A DNA stretch of 64,000 bases from Antedon mediterranea (taxonomy: Eukaryota > Animalia > Echinodermata): contig NC_092673.1 in NCBI RefSeq assembly GCF_964355755.1, positions 31,555,648 to 31,619,647 on the forward strand, read 5' to 3'. This document shows positions 1-13,103 of the stretch, in pieces (positions within the stretch are counted from its first letter, which is position 1; every line of letters begins with the position of its first letter). Position numbers and translations under genes: made by a program. A model generated the notes under the pieces. The model saw only the letters and a list, made by a program, of their open reading frames with translations. It searched no databases and was not told the DNA's origin.

Positions 1-193
1 GGTATGCCCCTATTGGTCAATAGTCTTAAATATCTGGTGTTATAGGTATATTGGTTAGTTTACTAATTATTGGTTTGAAAAAAAGAATATTTCCAATATA
101 CTTATACCTACAAACCAGATGAACATTTTCAATCATCTGGTGTCATAATTTGAACTGATTACAGGATAACAATTGAAATTAAAATATTGTTCA

Positions 194-263
194 GGGGTAG
201 CTGTCCAGGGGTAGCTGTCCAGGGGTAATTCTCCAGGGGTAGCTGTCCAGAGTTAATTGTCCA
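194..263 (+). repeat. 14-bp tandem repeat (AGGGGTAGCTGTCC) x5
   Basis: Directly visible in an AARS2 intron; resembles a subterminal repeat remnant of a DNA transposon. Confidence 0.7.
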
Positions 264-354
264 GCATTTTTATATTTCATGCTATTAGTTAGTCCAGCAC
301 CTTGTTTTGCATTTGTTCTACTTCTTCTTTTCGTTTATTTCCATTACATTCTAC

Positions 355-3300
355 CTCCTCTGCTAATTCACCAGTTACTGCTTCCAGTCTTCTTACTCCA
401 CTACTGAACGCTTTCTGAGATGTTATAATGAACTTCTTGATCTCACTTGTATTTTCGACATGGCTGTTGGTTACAAAAGAATACATTTATCTTGTTGTAA
501 TAGTATACACGCCACAAAAATAGATACTATTGGATTGGTTCAAAATGTTGTGGTTTACAGAATGTATGTTAAATTCCAGAATGTATTCTAAATTCAGTAT
601 TATTTTGGGACATGCCTATATGCAGGTGATACTTTCCTGTGAAATGAACGAGGGGAAATACTGAAGGGAAGGGAACTACTAACCCCTATTAAGGTTCTGT
701 AGGTGTCCAGTTAGGGAAGAATTATAATTCGTGTTTCTGTGCTATGGAGAAATCAAAAGCAAACATACAAACCAAAGATTTTGTAAGAGGTTGACAATGG
801 GAAAAAGGATATTCTTGTTTTGTATTTTGTTTCTTCTAAAAATCAAAGATACTTACGTTCCTCCACATAATTCCACTGAACTTTGACCTGCACAATTACC
901 ACTAAGTAATTCATTGACTTTTTTACCAAATGTTACCACTCTAACATCATCGCCATAGGCCTCTCCAAATGCTGCTTGAAGGTTAGGAATTGTGTATGCA
1001 GTGTTGAGCGGTACATGAGATGTATCTTGTGGAAGGGCTTCTTGTATTAAATTGTTTACAATGTCAAAAATCCTTTGCAAATCGTTCATGTTTAGTGGAT
1101 CCTATATTTAAACATAATAATAAACTATTTATAAAATAACTCCCATGGACTATGCAGTGTACATTCATCACCTGCAATAATTGTTTTCACCAGCAGAGAG
1201 CGAAAGCTATAAACTTTGCCTAGTTCGGTTTAGGCCAACGTTTTGTAGACAAACCATGACCTTCCGGATCTGGCAAGCAATGAAGCGTGACAATTGCGTT
1301 CGGGAATATACTGTAGCTGCATCTAAAACGTGAGGCAAATTTTTCATAATTATAGAGGGCCTACTTTATAATTACCATCAAACTTCAATTTAATCACTTT
1401 CACTATTTGTTATCAATAGAAAAAGGTAACATTAGACCTAAATAACCTCCTAAGGCTCCCAAATGATTTCAGTAGCTAATCAAGACGATTTTTAAAATGA
1501 TGGATGATAATTCCATTAGTACTACCCTTTTATTTCAAGATAATTTCCAAGTGATGAATCATCTTGTTTGTATTTCAGGGTTAATTAGTCCTTTTACAAA
1601 CATTGTTTAACAGGTGTCCAATAAATATTTCACCACAGCACTAAAATGTATACAAAATAACCCTGCAATATTGATTAAACTATTTTCTAAATTAAAATTT
1701 AAATAGTTTAGAATTTGTTTTTCTCTCATTTAAGTGATTAATCTATCAATTTAACATTTATTAATTACAAGATAATTAGTAAAGGTCATTTATTGATATT
1801 CATTAATTCGACTAAGTATTTTACCATAGCACTAAAGTTAAAACGTAGCTTGTCTGAAGCGACCAATGAACCCTTCTGACTGGTATCTGGTATGACCTTT
1901 TGGAGGGCAAAGTTCAACAGATGCGTAGCACTGTGGTTCCTCATTACCTTGGTTCTGTGATCCTAAATACAGAATTTAAAAAAAAAAAAAAATATAATTA
2001 ATTGCTTTTAATTCTGTTTAGTATACCTAATTTCAAGATTTTTAATTGATAAATAACAAATAAATTTGTATAAACACATATTTATTGAAGGTTCACCTTA
2101 GGATTAAATGCTTTTTTAAATGAATAAATAAAAAAGGTCTACTGGGTCAAAATCTAGATAAAAATAGAGGGCACTATACAGAAATCAATCATGAATGCAA
2201 CTAAAGTATGTGATGAGTAGTTGAATACTACATTTGTTTAAATTAAATGTGATATATTTTTATTCAATTATGTTGTTTTATGTAGCAATATAAAAGTTGT
2301 TATTTCATGGTTTTTACCGAATCAACTTGCAATGTTACTTCGTCTGCCACTTTCATTGTTGTATTAGACTTGCCACTATGTAACACATATCTACTATATG
2401 ATTGCACATCACTAACATCTAAGCAGGTATTTGATTGGTTGTTTAGAACATCACTAACATCTAAGCAGGTATTTGATTGGTTGTTTAGAACTATACCAAC
2501 ATCAGCAACCTATTTAAATATACAATGGTCGTAAACAGTTAAACACTGTCAAATTAAAAGTTTACCATTAATTAATTTAGTGTAAAGAGTAAAACAATCT
2601 TGTTGCAGTATCTGCTGCTTCCTTGGAGTTGATTCTAACCTTGGCCATTAGCGCAAGCTCAGTGGCTTAAAGGAATGGACAACAGGCTTCATGTTGTTTG
2701 AAGGGTGTGGGTTAAAGTTGGGCTAGTATCTGACTAATCAACAAAACTAGTTACTTTTCATAGTAAAGTAGTAGTAGCATTAACAGGACATATTCCAGAC
2801 ACAACTAAGTGTCCTGTTATTAAGTATATAGTGTTAAAACATTGCCTTTTGTTTCGCAGGAGAGTGTACCCTTATTAATTAGAGTGTCTTAAGGAGTTCT
2901 ACTGTAGTAACAATTATCATAATAGCTACGTACTTGTCCACCAGCCTCTGCATAAAAACTAGTACTAGTTGTTATAATTCCGCATTCAACACCTTTATCA
3001 ACTTCAGTTACAAATTCATTACCAGTTTTGATTCCAAGTATTTGCGTTTTTACGTCTGAAATAACTGAGAAATAATAAAATCAAAATTATGACAAAATAA
3101 CTATTGTTGATTGTTGATTGCTTCCTAATATATCATGATTACTTACTATGTTTGTTTGTTAGTGGATTGTATTTGGTTTCATAGACTGATATTGTGTTTG
3201 TGACAGGGACTTTCTGTTTCCTTAACATTTCAATATCTTGACCAGAGAGGGCAATCTTTCTCATCTTCTGTTGGTTCTTTATGCCACCTTGAGCAGTGAT

Positions 3301-4699
3301 CTAAAATGTTTGGAAACAACACATTTATAATTTCTGTAGGGTAGTAATCATAGTTTGTCATTCTTTGTGTTTTGCGATAATAATATCATCATTATATCAA
3401 TTGGATCAGGAAGCCATCTCAGAGATTTTGTAGTCTAACGTAATAAAGGAACACCAAATATTCACCCACCTCTTTCGATTTTCTTCTTTCCTCTTCATAT
3501 TCTTCCAAATTAATGCTCACATTATTTTCTTTAGCTATTTTGTTAGTAAGGTCGATGGAATAACCAAATGAATTATGCATTTTCCAGGCTACTTTCCCTA
3601 AAATTAAACAACAAATAATCTTTCTTTTATAGTGAGAGAAATGGGCTGTAAAGGAAGAAAAGAGTAGGAATATTAAACATATGAAATATTAAAAAGGTAA
3701 AGCAAACATTAGAGAAAGGTAGGTACAGGAGAGAGACCATTGGAGCACCTACTGAGTCACAATTACCTGATACATTTTTTTGTGAGCCTAAATTTGAAAT
3801 GTGTTTCTTTAAATATTTTTGTCCTTTTGTTAAAGTTTTCAGGAACTGTTTCTCTTCTTGGTTGATGACCTGCATCACAGACTCAGGATTGCTCTTCAGT
3901 TCAGGAAAAGCTCCTCCCTACAAAATGAAAACACGACTCAATAATACATGGAGTGGAGTTGTGGTTTGGTGGTTGATGATGCTTGGCTACCAAACCAATT
4001 TACGACCACACTCCCAAAGACTATTAATAAGACTTTGTTTATGTAGAGCATTTTGTTTGTACTGTATTTTTGTCTTGTGAACAGGATTGCCACCTTTAAG
4101 AGAAATATTGAATGAACTTATGGTTTTCCTTTTTTTTGAAAAATGGCCAAATTTGCCTAAATATATAAACAAAACAAAATAATAATTTTTTAATTATACT
4201 AGTGGGTACTACTATACTACAGTTTATAGTCCTTATCCGAGAAGACTAGTTCTACCACCAGAATCATGGAGCGAGTGAGTGTTACTGTTCCACTGTCTTA
4301 ACCGCTTGGCCACTCACTCGCTCTATATATACATTGACAACTATGAATAGAATTTGAAATAAAAAAATAAACAACTGAAAACAACTGACCAAAGACTCTA
4401 CAACTATCGGTACAAGACTAGCAAGTGTGCCTGTGGGAGTATTTAGTTTCTCTCTTGCATATCGCACAGCTCTTCTTAAAATTTTCTTGACAACATACCT
4501 AAAAATTATCAAGATATGAACAGATTACTAACAAATCTTGTTTTTAAACTCCACACAGGGGTGTACATTCCCCTACTTATGCAATCACATTTGCCCAATT
4601 TTTGTGAATAGATGATCAGAATTGTATTAGGCCTAAAAAAAAAAATTGTTTGTTTGCTGTCAAGTTTTTTTTTTTTTGGTAGGGGGGCGGGTGGAAAAA

Positions 4700-4735
<36 letters not shown>

Positions 4736-7700
4736 GTTAATTTCTCTGTTAATTGCTCGCGAATTTGAGAGTAACAAAACACACTGAATAAAACAACGAG
4801 CTCAAACATCTATTCATAATTTGTTTCACACTTTAATTCTGTTTTGGGCACGTTAGGCCCCGTGTCTACTAAACTAGCCTAGGCTAGGCCTATTACTACA
4901 CAGTAGGTCGTTGTTAGCAGGCCTAATCCAATATTTTAATTTTTAGAAGTTAGTGTACCGTATATTTCGGTGTATAAGTCGCACCTGTGTATAATAAGAC
5001 GCACCCGACCCCTAACTGAGAGTAAAATATCGGTATTTTGTATATCGTCGATGTATAAGACGGCCGCGCCCAGTAGCCTCAACAAGAAGGGAAGTCCCCC
5101 ATTCCGTCAGTTCTTTCTAACTTGTTATGAATGAGTTTCGCACCCGCAACATCGAGTGCATGACCGCACGTGTGTGTGGGCTAGCCTCGCTCGATCCTTT
5201 TATCGAGAGGCGCACGTTTTCACGGACAATCGTATTCGATTAGTATCTATGTATCCTGAAGTGTGTACGCTAGGAGGTCTATGCTATAATCAACTGGAGA
5301 ATATACTAGTCGAATACTGTGTAAACAATGTGGTTGCCAAGAAGGGCTCGCTCGCGCTGGGGATACGACGGTCGTGCGTATAACTATAATACTATTCCAA
5401 TCGTAAACGTCGTTTTCAAATGAAATTTTATCGGAGCGCCTAAAAAACAGCTCCATAATGAACAAATCTTTTCATCATATTTAGTACAAAATCACGCTAA
5501 AATGCCTTGAAAACTAGCAGGTTGCTGTTACGCTAGTACACTGTACTAGTAGCTAGGCTAGGCAACTCTTTAGACTTTAGTAATACTAATAAATAGGCCT
5601 TACCTTAAAAAGCCCAGGCCTAGCCAACGAGGTGGCGATATCTGTGTGTTGAGGCATTTATGTTCGGTGTATAAGACGCACCCTTAATTTAGAGGTTAAA
5701 TTTGCGTGTCAAAAGTGCGATTATACACCGAAATATACGCTACGTTATTATTGTTATTGTTTCATCCTCGCACACTCGATTTTTACACCTTTTCGGCCAA
5801 AAAAAATCATTTAAAAAAAAATTTTTTAAAGCGCCCTCAACGTAAAAAAAAACTTTTTCTTATTTCCGCCCCACATTTTTGGCGAAATTAGGGGCGGCGG
5901 ATGACAGCAAACAAACTATTTTTTTTTTTTGGCCTTATTTGCTTCCTATATTTGAACATATTTACAAACATTTTTGAAGGGTAGTACAGTATACACTTTT
6001 TTTACTCCTGCTAATTTGGAGATAGTTTGGAGTAAAAGGTAAAGTTTAAAAAGACATATGATAACATGTGAAGAGAGAAACCATTAGAAATAAATTGAGT
6101 GATGGATGGAGTAACTGACTGCTTTTTAGTTGTTTAACAATAAATAATGTAATAATTACCCCTGATTATGAAAGTCAGGCCTAGCACCATCAGTGATACA
6201 GACAGTAAGCATTCTAGCATGGTCAGCCAGCACTCTATATGCCATGTCAACACCATCAACATCATCTAGGCCCACTTTACCACAATATGGTCCAATTCCG
6301 GATACCTTTAAAAAATGTAACAGTTTAAAAAAAATGATTGTATATTACATCTTTACGTTAGTGAATAAGTTTTCTAACATACCAAAAAAATAGTTGAGAA
6401 TATTCTTTTGTGAGGAAATCATTGTTTTTTTCAAATGGCTGTATGTGTGAAAAGACAAATTGGATACCTGTTCAATTGCGGAAATTATAGGACGAAAAAG
6501 ATCAGTATCGTAGTTTGAGTATACCCCTTGTAGTATGGATACAAGGCGTTCCAATCCCATGCCGGTATCAACGTTATTGTTAGGCAACTTTTGAAGTTCT
6601 CTTTGACCATTTCTGAATATAAAAAAATATCTCATTTACATATTCTTTCAACATTTCTCCAATTTTCTTAAAATTATGAAACGAATGAATTCCAATGACA
6701 AACCTGTCATATTGCGTAAAGACTAAATTCCAAAGTTCAACAACCTCCGGATCATCTTTGTTGACTAACTCTGATGCATCTCTGTCACCACGACAATCAA
6801 AATGAATCTCAGTACATGGACCACAAGGTCCTGTGTTTCCCATCTCCCAGAAGTTCTCACTATTACTAAATGGTAACACTCTATTTTCAGGTAATCTGAA
6901 AAAAAAAAGACAATTATTCATCAGCCAATTGTATTCTTCTACAAGTAGACAGGTACCAGCCTTGTTTGTCTGTGTAGAATATACCGGTGTTCACCGATAA
7001 AAATCAATATATTGTTAAATTACGATTTCCTCCAATGAGCTCTATTAAGAAACTATTTATTGTATAGATTGCACATCTGTCAGCTTGATAAAGCTTTTTT
7101 GGAGCTGCAGTAGAAGTTATTCAAAACAGTTCTTTGTTAAGCTCTGTCTACACTATCAAACTAGTGTGATGAGCCTAAATATGGTAGTGATATGACATCA
7201 TCATGTCCATATAATGGGCATATTATATTTTTTTTACATATACATTTTGATAGTGTAGACAAAGCTATATATGCACAATCTTTAACAACTTAGGTAGACT
7301 AGATCCTAAGTTTTGTGATTACCCAAGTTGATGCCATATTTCTTTAGTTTCAAGATCTGCCTGAAGGTTTTCAGTGTCATTTCCTTGGAAGTAGGTCACA
7401 TATAAACGGTCTTTTGGCATCTTATAGACATTTGTAAGTAGATCCCATGCCATGTGTATTGCATCTTTCTGAAAAAAATATGTCAAAACAAATTAACAAA
7501 TTTCGCTTATACTATGTTTCTAAGCACTTACACACAAAATTATCCTCCATTAAGTATGTATTGTAGCACCACTAACTTAAATGGAACTATTTTATGTTGC
7601 TCAATCTACATTGACAAAGAAGGGTTAATATCAATAAATAATGCTTTACTTTAAGAAAAAAAAAACAGGCCTAAATTGAAACCGAGAGTACATACGGTAC

Positions 7701-8511
7701 CTTAAAATAGTCTGCAAAAGACCAGTTGCCAAGCATCTCAAAGAAGGTGTGATGGTAGCAATCTTGTCCAACCTCATCCAAGTCATTGTGCTTGCCTCCA
7801 GCTCGTACACACTTCTGACTGTTCACCACACGTCTATGTTTAGACATTCTAGAATCAGGATGAACTGTTCCTTGGAAAATATCTTTAAACTAACAATAAA
7901 GTAATAATAAATTGTAATGTTTAATTAATCATTAAAAATATTATTTTGAATAACTGGACTAGCAGTGGGAGAAGTGAGTTTGAGACCTGTCTTAGTGATA
8001 TATTGCCTGCATTCTTAGACCAGATGCTTTTTATCGATTGTATGAGAAATAAAGATGTTGGTCCAGTCCATAAAATACATAAGTGCATGATGCTAAAGAA
8101 CTCGGTAAACTATTTGAAGAGTAGGGTATCTATCCTATCTCACCCATCCTATCTCTGGTAGATTAGCTGCAATTTACACTTTTTAAAGATGACTGGCAGG
8201 GCTAGATGTTTAGAAAGAACAATAAATTCAACTCGTGAGGTACTAACCTGGTTCATGCCTGCATTTGTGAATAGCAGGGTTGCATCGTTGGACGGAATTG
8301 TTGACGAAGATGGCACAAAAATATGTGAATGTTTGTTTTTAAAATAATCTATGAACGTTTGTCGTATGCACGATGAATGTAATGTTGTTGAAGGTTTGGA
8401 ATGTGTTTCAAAGTGTCTTAATGATGACCATCCGGTCACGCGATATATGCTTTTTTTGTAAATATACTTAGTGAGCAAATACTTAAGTCTTGTATTAGGC
8501 CTAAGTAGCAT
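355..8511 (-). CDS. AARS2: Alanyl-tRNA synthetase, mitochondrial type; 15 coding exons in window, gene continues past left edge
   Basis: GT-AG exons with consistent phases: 8248-8511, 7701-7889, 7323-7468, 6704-6895, 6468-6612, 6160-6305, 4390-4498, 3767-3917, 3470-3597, 3147-3300, 2934-3064, 2318-2509, 1825-1962, 857-1101, 355-463. AlaRS motifs: [77 protein letters not shown], editing NHSATH and ELCGGTH. Basic N-terminal extension nearly free of acidic residues ([25 protein letters not shown]) resembles a mitochondrial presequence; the mitochondrial assignment is inference. Confidence 0.93.
4210..4325 (-). mobile_element. Internally deleted tRNA-derived SINE fragment
   Basis: Minus strand reads GAGCGAGTGAGTGGCCAAGCGGTTAAGAC (A-box-like head), then GTCTTCTCGGATAAGGACTATAAAC, a SINE core-like block. 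Confidence 0.45.
4630..5934. mobile_element. PIF/Harbinger-like MITE (host of a nested Tc1/mariner MITE)
   Basis: TIRs GGCC(T)A(n)TTGTTTGTTTGCTGTCA at 4630 and inverted ending at 5934; TTA on both flanks (4627-4629, 5935-5937). Confidence 0.7.
4958..5740. mobile_element. Tc1/mariner (pogo/Tigger-like) MITE, copy 1
   Basis: TIR CCGTATATTTCGGTGTATAAGTCGCAC, TA flanks; second copy at 59925-60809. Confidence 0.8.
7140..7266. mobile_element. Short Harbinger-like MITE
   Basis: TIR AGCTCTGTCTACACTATCAAA; related copy at 51620-51902. Confidence 0.65.
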
Positions 8512-8687
8512 TATGTATCATAAAATGTTTTCGTTTTGTTTATTAAATTATAATATTTTAATTTTTTTCTTAAATTTATTATTTTATCTGAAATAAAAAA
8601 GAAATAAAAAGATTTCTATAAAAACACACATATACACCAACAAATAAAACTTTAGCGACGAATAAAAAAAATCTAGGCCCAACTAGC

Positions 8688-9774
8688 GGGTGTCACGAAA
8701 GCTCAGACCACGAAAGCTCAGACCCCCTAATTAAGACCTAAGATCACGAAAGCTAAGACCCAACACCTAAAAGATTACAAATATTTATCTTTCGCACCTG
8801 CCTTGTATTTTAACTCCCAACAATTATTCTGAATACCACACCTTGGATCCCCACACCTTAGAATTGGCACTTTCATGAAAAAGAATCACATAAAAAGTAA
8901 CAAATACATTTTTAAATTGAAGATTTTACAGACGTTTTTCTCGCACACAAAATGACTAGCCTACAGGACAGTAGGCCTACCCCATGGGCCATGTTCAATG
9001 TTTTTGTTTCTATGGAACGTCAAAAGAGCAAAAATTATATAGAGGGCTGAAAACTCTGTGGAGTCCATCTACAGTGTGGATGGAACAATGTAAAATTAAA
9101 ATTGTAATGATAATAGTATAATCATGCAAGTACGAAGAACTAAATGCTGGCAAATAAATTTTAACTTTTTTAAAGTAAATAAATTTGTTTTGTTTCGTTT
9201 TCTTTCTGTTTTTATACTTGTACTATTATTGTTGCTCTTTTGGCGCTCCATAGAAACAAAAACATTGAGCATGGGGAGCTCGAGGAGTTACATTACAGTA
9301 TACAAAGAAACACGTCTTTAAAATCAGGATGGGAAAGGATTTATTTATTTGTTATTATTGTTTCTCCTTCTGAAAGTACTTATAAGTCCTAATTTTAAAG
9401 TGTGGTATTCAGGATAAAGTTAGTCAACAAATTTGGAGTCAAAATACAAGAAAGGCAGGTGCGTAAGAAAAACATCCTCTGAAGCAACACAATGGAGTAA
9501 ATATATACCAACAAACAACCCGTCAAGTTTGTTTGTTGTAAAGAAAAAATATACATTTACTCAACGGGCGAAAATAATGTGAGTTTATCTATGTTTTGCG
9601 GTAGTATTAAATTATATTTATGGTAATAAATGAAACCTACTGTGTTTAAAATTATGTATGGATAAACAAGTATTGTTTTTAAGCTGTAGTATATCTTAGT
9701 ATTTGTAATCTTAGGTGTTGGGTCTTAGCTTTCGTGATCTTAGGTCTTAGGGGGTCTGAGCTTTCGTGACACCC
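8688..9774. mobile_element. Non-autonomous Mutator/MULE-like element, copy 1
   Basis: TIR GGGTGTCACGAAAGCT with subterminal AAGACC/CACGAAAGCT repeats; 10-bp TSD CCCAACTAGC at 8678-8687 and 9775-9784. Confidence 0.85.
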
Positions 9775-10060
9775 CCCAACTAGCAGGTATGGCTACACTT
9801 CACATGTGTGTACTTGTGGTAGCCTGCCAAACACTGTATGTGCGGCTGGGCTAGGAAAGAAATGACCCACTGACACGGTTGGACCTAGGCCTAGCAATAA
9901 TAAGATTATAATATAATACGATATTTGATTAAGAATGTAATACTTCCTTTATTCATTATTTATTGCCCTAAATTAACATTAAAAAAATTCAATCCTAAAA
10001 GTTAATTTTAAGAAGTAAAGTTACCACCGTAGTAAATAGACCGGGCATGCGCATATGACC

Positions 10061-10786
10061 GGCCGGTTGGGCCGCCGACAAGTTGAGCCGCCGGTAATTT
10101 CTATGAAACGCCCAGCGCGTCTTTTACGACATTTCGCGTAGTGATTAGAGCGGTGTCCTAGTACAAGTTCATGGTCTTTATGTGTATTGTGTCATGAAAA
10201 TAAATAATATATGATTACATACTACAATGTTGGTTTGAACCACCATAAACAACACAGCAAAGGAAAGTAATCTTTCAAGGTAAAAATGCCGTGCACTCTA
10301 TATTTGTCTCGCGTCGACGTGTAGGCCTACCCAAAAGACTAATAGAGTATTGATATTCTTAAAATGATGTTAAATAATTAATATCTTTTATTTACTATCT
10401 TTTAATATCATATTTGATTGAATTTTACAATTTTAATACACAAAATATTTTCCTAAAAAACGGTGATTTTATGTAATTATTTAACCCGAGGGGGCAACAT
10501 GTTTACGTCATTTTTGGCTAAAAACGATCATTTTCGGTGATGTTTTAGGTCTATTATTTTGGAATCTACAAGTACAAGTCAGATTTTCATATTATAGTTC
10601 TTTAAAGTGTAATATTTAATACTATACTAAAAAGTGTGATATATAAACTTCGTTATCCCTAATGAAAATAGAACTTCTATTAAATAAAAAACGAGCACCG
10701 GCGAAAGTTAGCATTTGGCGTTTCATAGAAAATAACGTTTTTCTGGCGGCGGCTCAACTTGTCGGCGGCTCAACTTGGCCTAATCC
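10061..10786. mobile_element. Non-autonomous TIR element (MULE-like)
   Basis: Imperfect TIRs containing GCCGCCGACAAGTTGAGCCGCC...TTTCTATGAAACGCC (10061-10112 vs 10716-10780); ATAGACCGGGC present near both ends. Confidence 0.65.
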
Positions 10787-10797
10787 ATAGACCGGGC

Positions 10798-11694
10798 GCG
10801 ATTTTTTTTTTCGTACATAAGTTGGGGACCCCTTCATAAAACGTCACAAAATAAACATGAATAATTCATCAGTTAAATGTGTTGTTCCGTGTGCACCCAA
10901 GCGTATAGCAACAAGAAGCGATTACACAACTGCGATATACGATACTTTCTACAGTAGGCCTAGGATTCTTCACGCGATTGCCTTCGCGCACTCTTCTTCA
11001 CACAAAATGTGTCGAGTCGAGGCTAATCGACAGCTAGGCAAGACATTAAACTAAGTAGTAATTCATTGGACATAGCCTAAAGAAAGCTTAGACCCACAAG
11101 AATAAAGAATGTGTATAATTTGTGTACTGTATTTTTTTAAATTCTGCTATTTTATTATCAAACAATGCATGTTCTCAAAGGAACTTTAAAAATGCGCGTA
11201 TATGAACACATGAGATGGGAAGATTAGACCCACGAGAATAAAAAATGTATTTTTGTGTAATGTTTATTGTTTAATTTTGCTGACTTATTACTCGGATTGT
11301 GTCATACCTATAACACACACACACACACACAGCTCTACTAGAATAGACATATGTTTAGAGACTAATAATTAGGCCTAGGCCTAATAGTATTAATAGAAAC
11401 TATAATTTTAACACGTAATTCTTTAGTAATAAGTTATATTAAAAACATTATCATAAACTAAAGGCTGATTATTTCGACAATCCACACAAAACGCCGCTAT
11501 TCTTCCATGAAATCGCACGCCGCAACAACAGCGCGGAGATAGGCCTAGAATCGTACCGCACTTGTGTAATCACTTCTTGTTGCTATACGCTTGGGTCCAC
11601 ACGGAACAAGAACATTTAACTGATGAATTATTCATGTTTATTTTGTGACGTTTCATGAGGGGGTCGCCAACTTATGTACGAAAAAAAAAATCGC
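10798..11694. mobile_element. Non-autonomous MULE-like element
   Basis: ~145-bp TIRs starting GCGATTTTTTTTTTCGTACATAAGTTGG; 9-bp TSD AGACCGGGC at 10789-10797 and 11695-11703. Confidence 0.85.
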
Positions 11695-11758
11695 AGACCG
11701 GGCGCCCGGAAGATTTATTCATGTTAAAAGATACAAAAGGTTTGATGATGTCGTAAGG

Positions 11759-13103
11759 GGGTGTCACGAAACCTAAGACCACGAAAGCTAAGACCCCCTA
11801 AGACCTAAGATCACAAATATTTATCTTTCGCACCTGCCTTGTATTTAAACTCCCAACATTTATTCTGAATACCACACCTTAGAATTGGCACTATTATGAA
11901 AAAGAATCACATAAAAAGTAACAAATACATTTTTAAATTGATGATTTTACAGACGTTTTTCTCGCACACAAACTGTTTGCGAATTTCGCATGACTAGCCT
12001 ACAGTACAGTACAGTACAGTAGGCCTACCCCATGTTCATTGTTTTTGTTTCTATGGAACGTCAAAAGAGCAAACATTATATAGAGGGCTGAAAACTCTGT
12101 GGAGTCCATCTACAGTGTGGATGAACAATGTAAAATTAAAATTGTAATGATAATAGTATAATCATGCAAGTACGAAGAAATAAATACTGGCAAATAAATT
12201 TTAATTTAAAAATCATGATTTGTTTCGTTTTCTTTCTGTTTTTATACTTGTACTATTATTGTTGCTCTTTTGGCGCTCCATAGAAACAAAAACATTGAGC
12301 ATGGGGGGAGCTCGAGGAGTTACAGTATACAAAGAAACATGTCTGTAAAATCATCAATTTAAAGGATTTATTTATTTGTATTTATGTGTTTCTCCGTCTG
12401 AAAGTACTTATAAGTCCTAATTTTAAAGTGTGGTGTTCAGGATAAAGTTAGTCAACAAATTTGGAGTCAAAATACAAGAAAGGCAGGTGCGTAAGAAAAA
12501 CATCCTCTAAACCAACACAATGGAGTAAATATATACCAACAAACAACCCGTCAAGTTTGTTTGTTGTAAAGAAAAAATATACATTTACTCAACGGGCGAA
12601 AATAATGTGAGTTTATCTATGTTTTGCGGTAGTATTAAATTATATTTATGGTAATAAATTAAACCTACTGTGTTTAAAATTATGTATGGATAAACAAGTA
12701 TTGTTTTTAACCTGTAGTATATCTTAGTATTTGTAATCTTAGGTGTTGGGTCTTAGCTTTCGTGATCTTAGGTCTTAGGGGGTCTTAGCTTTCGTGGTCT
12801 TAGGTTTCGTGACACCCACCAACAAACAACCCGTCAAGTTTGTTTGTTGTAAAGAAAAAAATATACATTTACTCAACGGGCGAAAATAATGTGAGTTTAT
12901 CTATGTTTTGCGGTATAGTATTTAGTTATATTTATGGTAATAAATGAATCCTACTGTGTTTAAAATTATGTATGGATAAACAAGTATTGTTTTAAAGCTG
13001 TAGTTTATCTTAGAATTTGTAATCTTAGGTCTTGGGTCTTAGCTTTCGTGATCTTAGGTCTTAGGGGGTCTTAGCTTTCGTGGTCTTAGGTTTCGTGACA
13101 CCC
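11759..13103. mobile_element. MULE-like element, copy 2, with tandemly duplicated right end
   Basis: Same family as 8688-9774; right terminus CGTGACACCC at 12817, then ~286 bp of the right end repeated to 13103; no TSD. Confidence 0.85.

Noticed and set aside
2649-2726. Possible tRNA gene (AGCTCAGTGG A-box-like)
   Set aside because: No cloverleaf or proper B-box; at most a decayed SINE head.
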